The position numbers were made by a program, and so were the translations under genes. Positions 62,324 through 64,000 of a DNA stretch of 64,000 bases are shown here, piece by piece (position 1 is the stretch's first letter; each line of letters opens with the position of its first letter). The notes beneath the pieces are model-generated. The model was not told where the DNA came from and searched no databases. It saw only the letters and a list, made by a program, of their open reading frames with translations. The stretch lies in IMG/VR virus record IMGVR_UViG_2873737359_000001, positions 113,487 to 177,486 of that record; one strand, 5' to 3'. Source of the DNA: a virus (taxonomy: Duplodnaviria; Caudoviricetes).

Positions 62324-62587
62324 TTATTTATTAAGCATAGCTTCAATATCATCTACGCTAAGGTTCTTTTTTTTCATCAGAGACACTACTCTATCAAGCG
62401 TTTCTTTATTTTTTTCTTCGTTCTCTCTGTTTTCTGCTTCAGAAAGCCATTTATTAAGATTGCGCTTTTTAGCTTTTAATTCTTTTAACTCTGTAGTTTT
62501 AGTAGCGATTTCCTCTTCTATCTTATAAATCTCTGCAAGAATATCTTCAACAGAAGAATCTTTTGTAATTTTTTTAGTTCTTGCCAT
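62324..62587 (-). CDS. Small coiled-coil protein (moron near the prophage end)
   Basis: AAGGAGG RBS before ATG 62587; highly charged helical sequence. Confidence 0.7.
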   Translation of the reverse strand: MARTKKITKDSSVEDILAEIYKIEEEIATKTTELKELKAKKRNLNKWLSEAENRENEEKNKETLDRVVSLMKKKNLSVDDIEAMLNK

Positions 62588-63004
62588 GATAATCAACCTC
62601 CTTCAGGTTATATATTATTTAATAAATATTATATATTAAAATCATTCTGATGTACAGTATATATTTATTTTAAAATTATGGTATTTATTGGTAAATAAAT
62701 ATTACTATCATAGCAAAAATAATGGTAACATTGCTGCCTTTAAATTATCTGACAATTTTATCGAGTACTACGACATAAAGCTTGTAACAATCACCAATAT
62801 TAATCCGCATCGAAATTGTATATACAATTATTTATTTAAAAATATAATCCTTATAAAAAGATCAATACAAGTAAATTGAATAAAAATCATATAAGATTAA
62901 TAAAAAATAAAATTGGGGAATAAAATTTTTTAAATTCAATAAGGGTGAAATAAGGTGGTAAGATTTTTAGAAATCCTTGTTTTATAGGATTTATAAGAGT
63001 TTTA

Positions 63005-63049
63005 ACATGGTACCGGAAACCACTGCTCTATCCACTGAGCTACAGGTGC
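63005..63049 (-). tRNA. 5' half of tRNA-Arg(CCG), truncated after the anticodon arm; prophage attachment junction
   Basis: Minus strand GCACCTGTAGCTCAGTGGATAGAGCAGTGGTTTCCGGTACCATGT. Acceptor 5' strand, D arm and anticodon CCG are present; no T arm follows. Confidence 0.85.
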
Positions 63050-63113
63050 ATAATGAAAAACATAACTTCTAAATCAGGTATGAAATTATCAAAGTTGGCT
63101 TACACTGTCTTTG

Positions 63114-63142
63114 ATTGTAGCACATAAACATAAAATTGTAAA
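63114..63142 (-). promoter_or_regulatory. Putative host promoter of the tRNA gene
   Basis: Minus strand TTTACA-N17-TACAAT. Confidence 0.5.
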
Positions 63143-63226
63143 GATTTTTTTAAACAGTGTACATTCATCACACATTTCATATTATTTCCGGTACAGATTC
63201 TGAAGTAAACTGTACCAGAAACATAT

Positions 63227-64000
63227 TCATTTATATTTATCACACGAAAATATATAATACGGACTTACCGTATCCAGAACCTGGTAGCCGCCGGCCACCA
63301 TATCCAGAACAAAATTTTCATCCGGAGGTACCATCACCACATATGTACAGTGAACGGCATCTGCCAGGCTGGAAGTCTTTTTTCCATCGGGGACTTCCGA
63401 AGTGATCTGTTTATACAGAACTCTTGCCTTCTTACCTACAGCACCATCCCCTCTGCGTCCGTAGGCCATTTTCAGGGAAGGATCATACACCCGGATATAG
63501 GATGCCGTATATTCATCTGCGGCGATCCGCACTTCCTTTCCTTCTCTGTCCTCATTGATCCGGTTACAGATCATTGCGATCTGATCCGGTACCTGCTGGC
63601 GGTTATAAACTCTTTCGAAATTTCCTGCTTTTATCATTCCGGTCCCAGAAGCAGCAATAACTCCTGTCAAAACCAGCACCAGGATCACCTGCACGATCCG
63701 GTTGCGACTTCTTCGGACAAGCTCTGTAAAACCGCCTGCGATCAGCGGAACCGTAGGTAAAAGCCACAAAACACGCCAGTACACGATTTTTCCTATACAT
63801 TTCATAATCACCCGTCCGGAAAACGGACAGAAAAACAATACCAGAAGAAAAACGGAATATAAAACCAGACTGAGACTGTTTTTTTTCTTTTTCCCAAAAA
63901 TCAGTGCACATGCTCCGCCAAGAGCCAGAAGATACGGTATCCAGCCATTTCCCCAGTACATCCTCCACACATTAACTGTCCATGCAATTATTTCTTTCAT
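63227..64000 (-). CDS. Host membrane protein of unknown function
   Basis: Several TM segments, higher GC and different codon usage, located outside the att junction. Confidence 0.75.
   Translation of the reverse strand: MKEIIAWTVNVWRMYWGNGWIPYLLALGGACALIFGKKKKNSLSLVLYSVFLLVLFFCPFSGRVIMKCIGKIVYWRVLWLLPTVPLIAGGFTELVRRSRNRIVQVILVLVLTGVIAASGTGMIKAGNFERVYNRQQVPDQIAMICNRINEDREGKEVRIAADEYTASYIRVYDPSLKMAYGRRGDGAVGKKARVLYKQITSEVPDGKKTSSLADAVHCTYVVMVPPDENFVLDMVAGGYQVLDTVSPYYIFSCDKYK

Larger units (their letters stand above)
1..63004 (+). mobile_element. Prophage (large siphovirus-like), late gene region up to the right attachment junction
   Basis: Co-oriented terminase-portal-capsid-tail-lysis gene order. 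AT-rich up to the tRNA fragment at 63005, then visibly more GC-rich host DNA. Confidence 0.95.

Noticed and set aside
62688-62879. 63-aa ORF near the prophage end
   Set aside because: Extremely AT-rich with no RBS; probably non-coding att-proximal DNA.
274-63968. Numerous short ORFs overlapping long genes on the opposite strand or in other frames
   Set aside because: Shadow ORFs without RBSs or recognisable motifs.

Overview
Bases 1 to about 63004 are the AT-rich late (morphogenesis and lysis) half of a large Firmicute siphovirus-type prophage, probably from a Lachnospiraceae/Clostridia host. Gene order is terminase, portal, protease/scaffold, capsid, head-tail connectors, major tail protein, tape measure, baseplate, several tail fibres, endolysin and holin. 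The prophage ends at the 5' half of a tRNA-Arg(CCG) gene (63005-63049, minus strand), followed by a more GC-rich host gene. Four things stand out. (1) The tape-measure gene is split by an atypical group I intron (21154-23510) with clear P1, P10, P7 and P9.0 pairings. It carries five passenger ORFs and no homing endonuclease, and splicing would give one ~4626-aa protein. (2) A second, IA2-type group I intron carrying a LAGLIDADG endonuclease sits in a head-completion gene, and the endonuclease RBS can be sequestered by an anti-SD pseudoknot. (3) A plasmid-like HTH / TubR / TubZ (tubulin) / Rep cassette with a 10 x 10-bp centromere-like array lies inside the tail-fibre operon. (4) The tRNA at the attachment site is not restored at this junction. 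All protein calls come from motif recognition and gene order. No database search was run.
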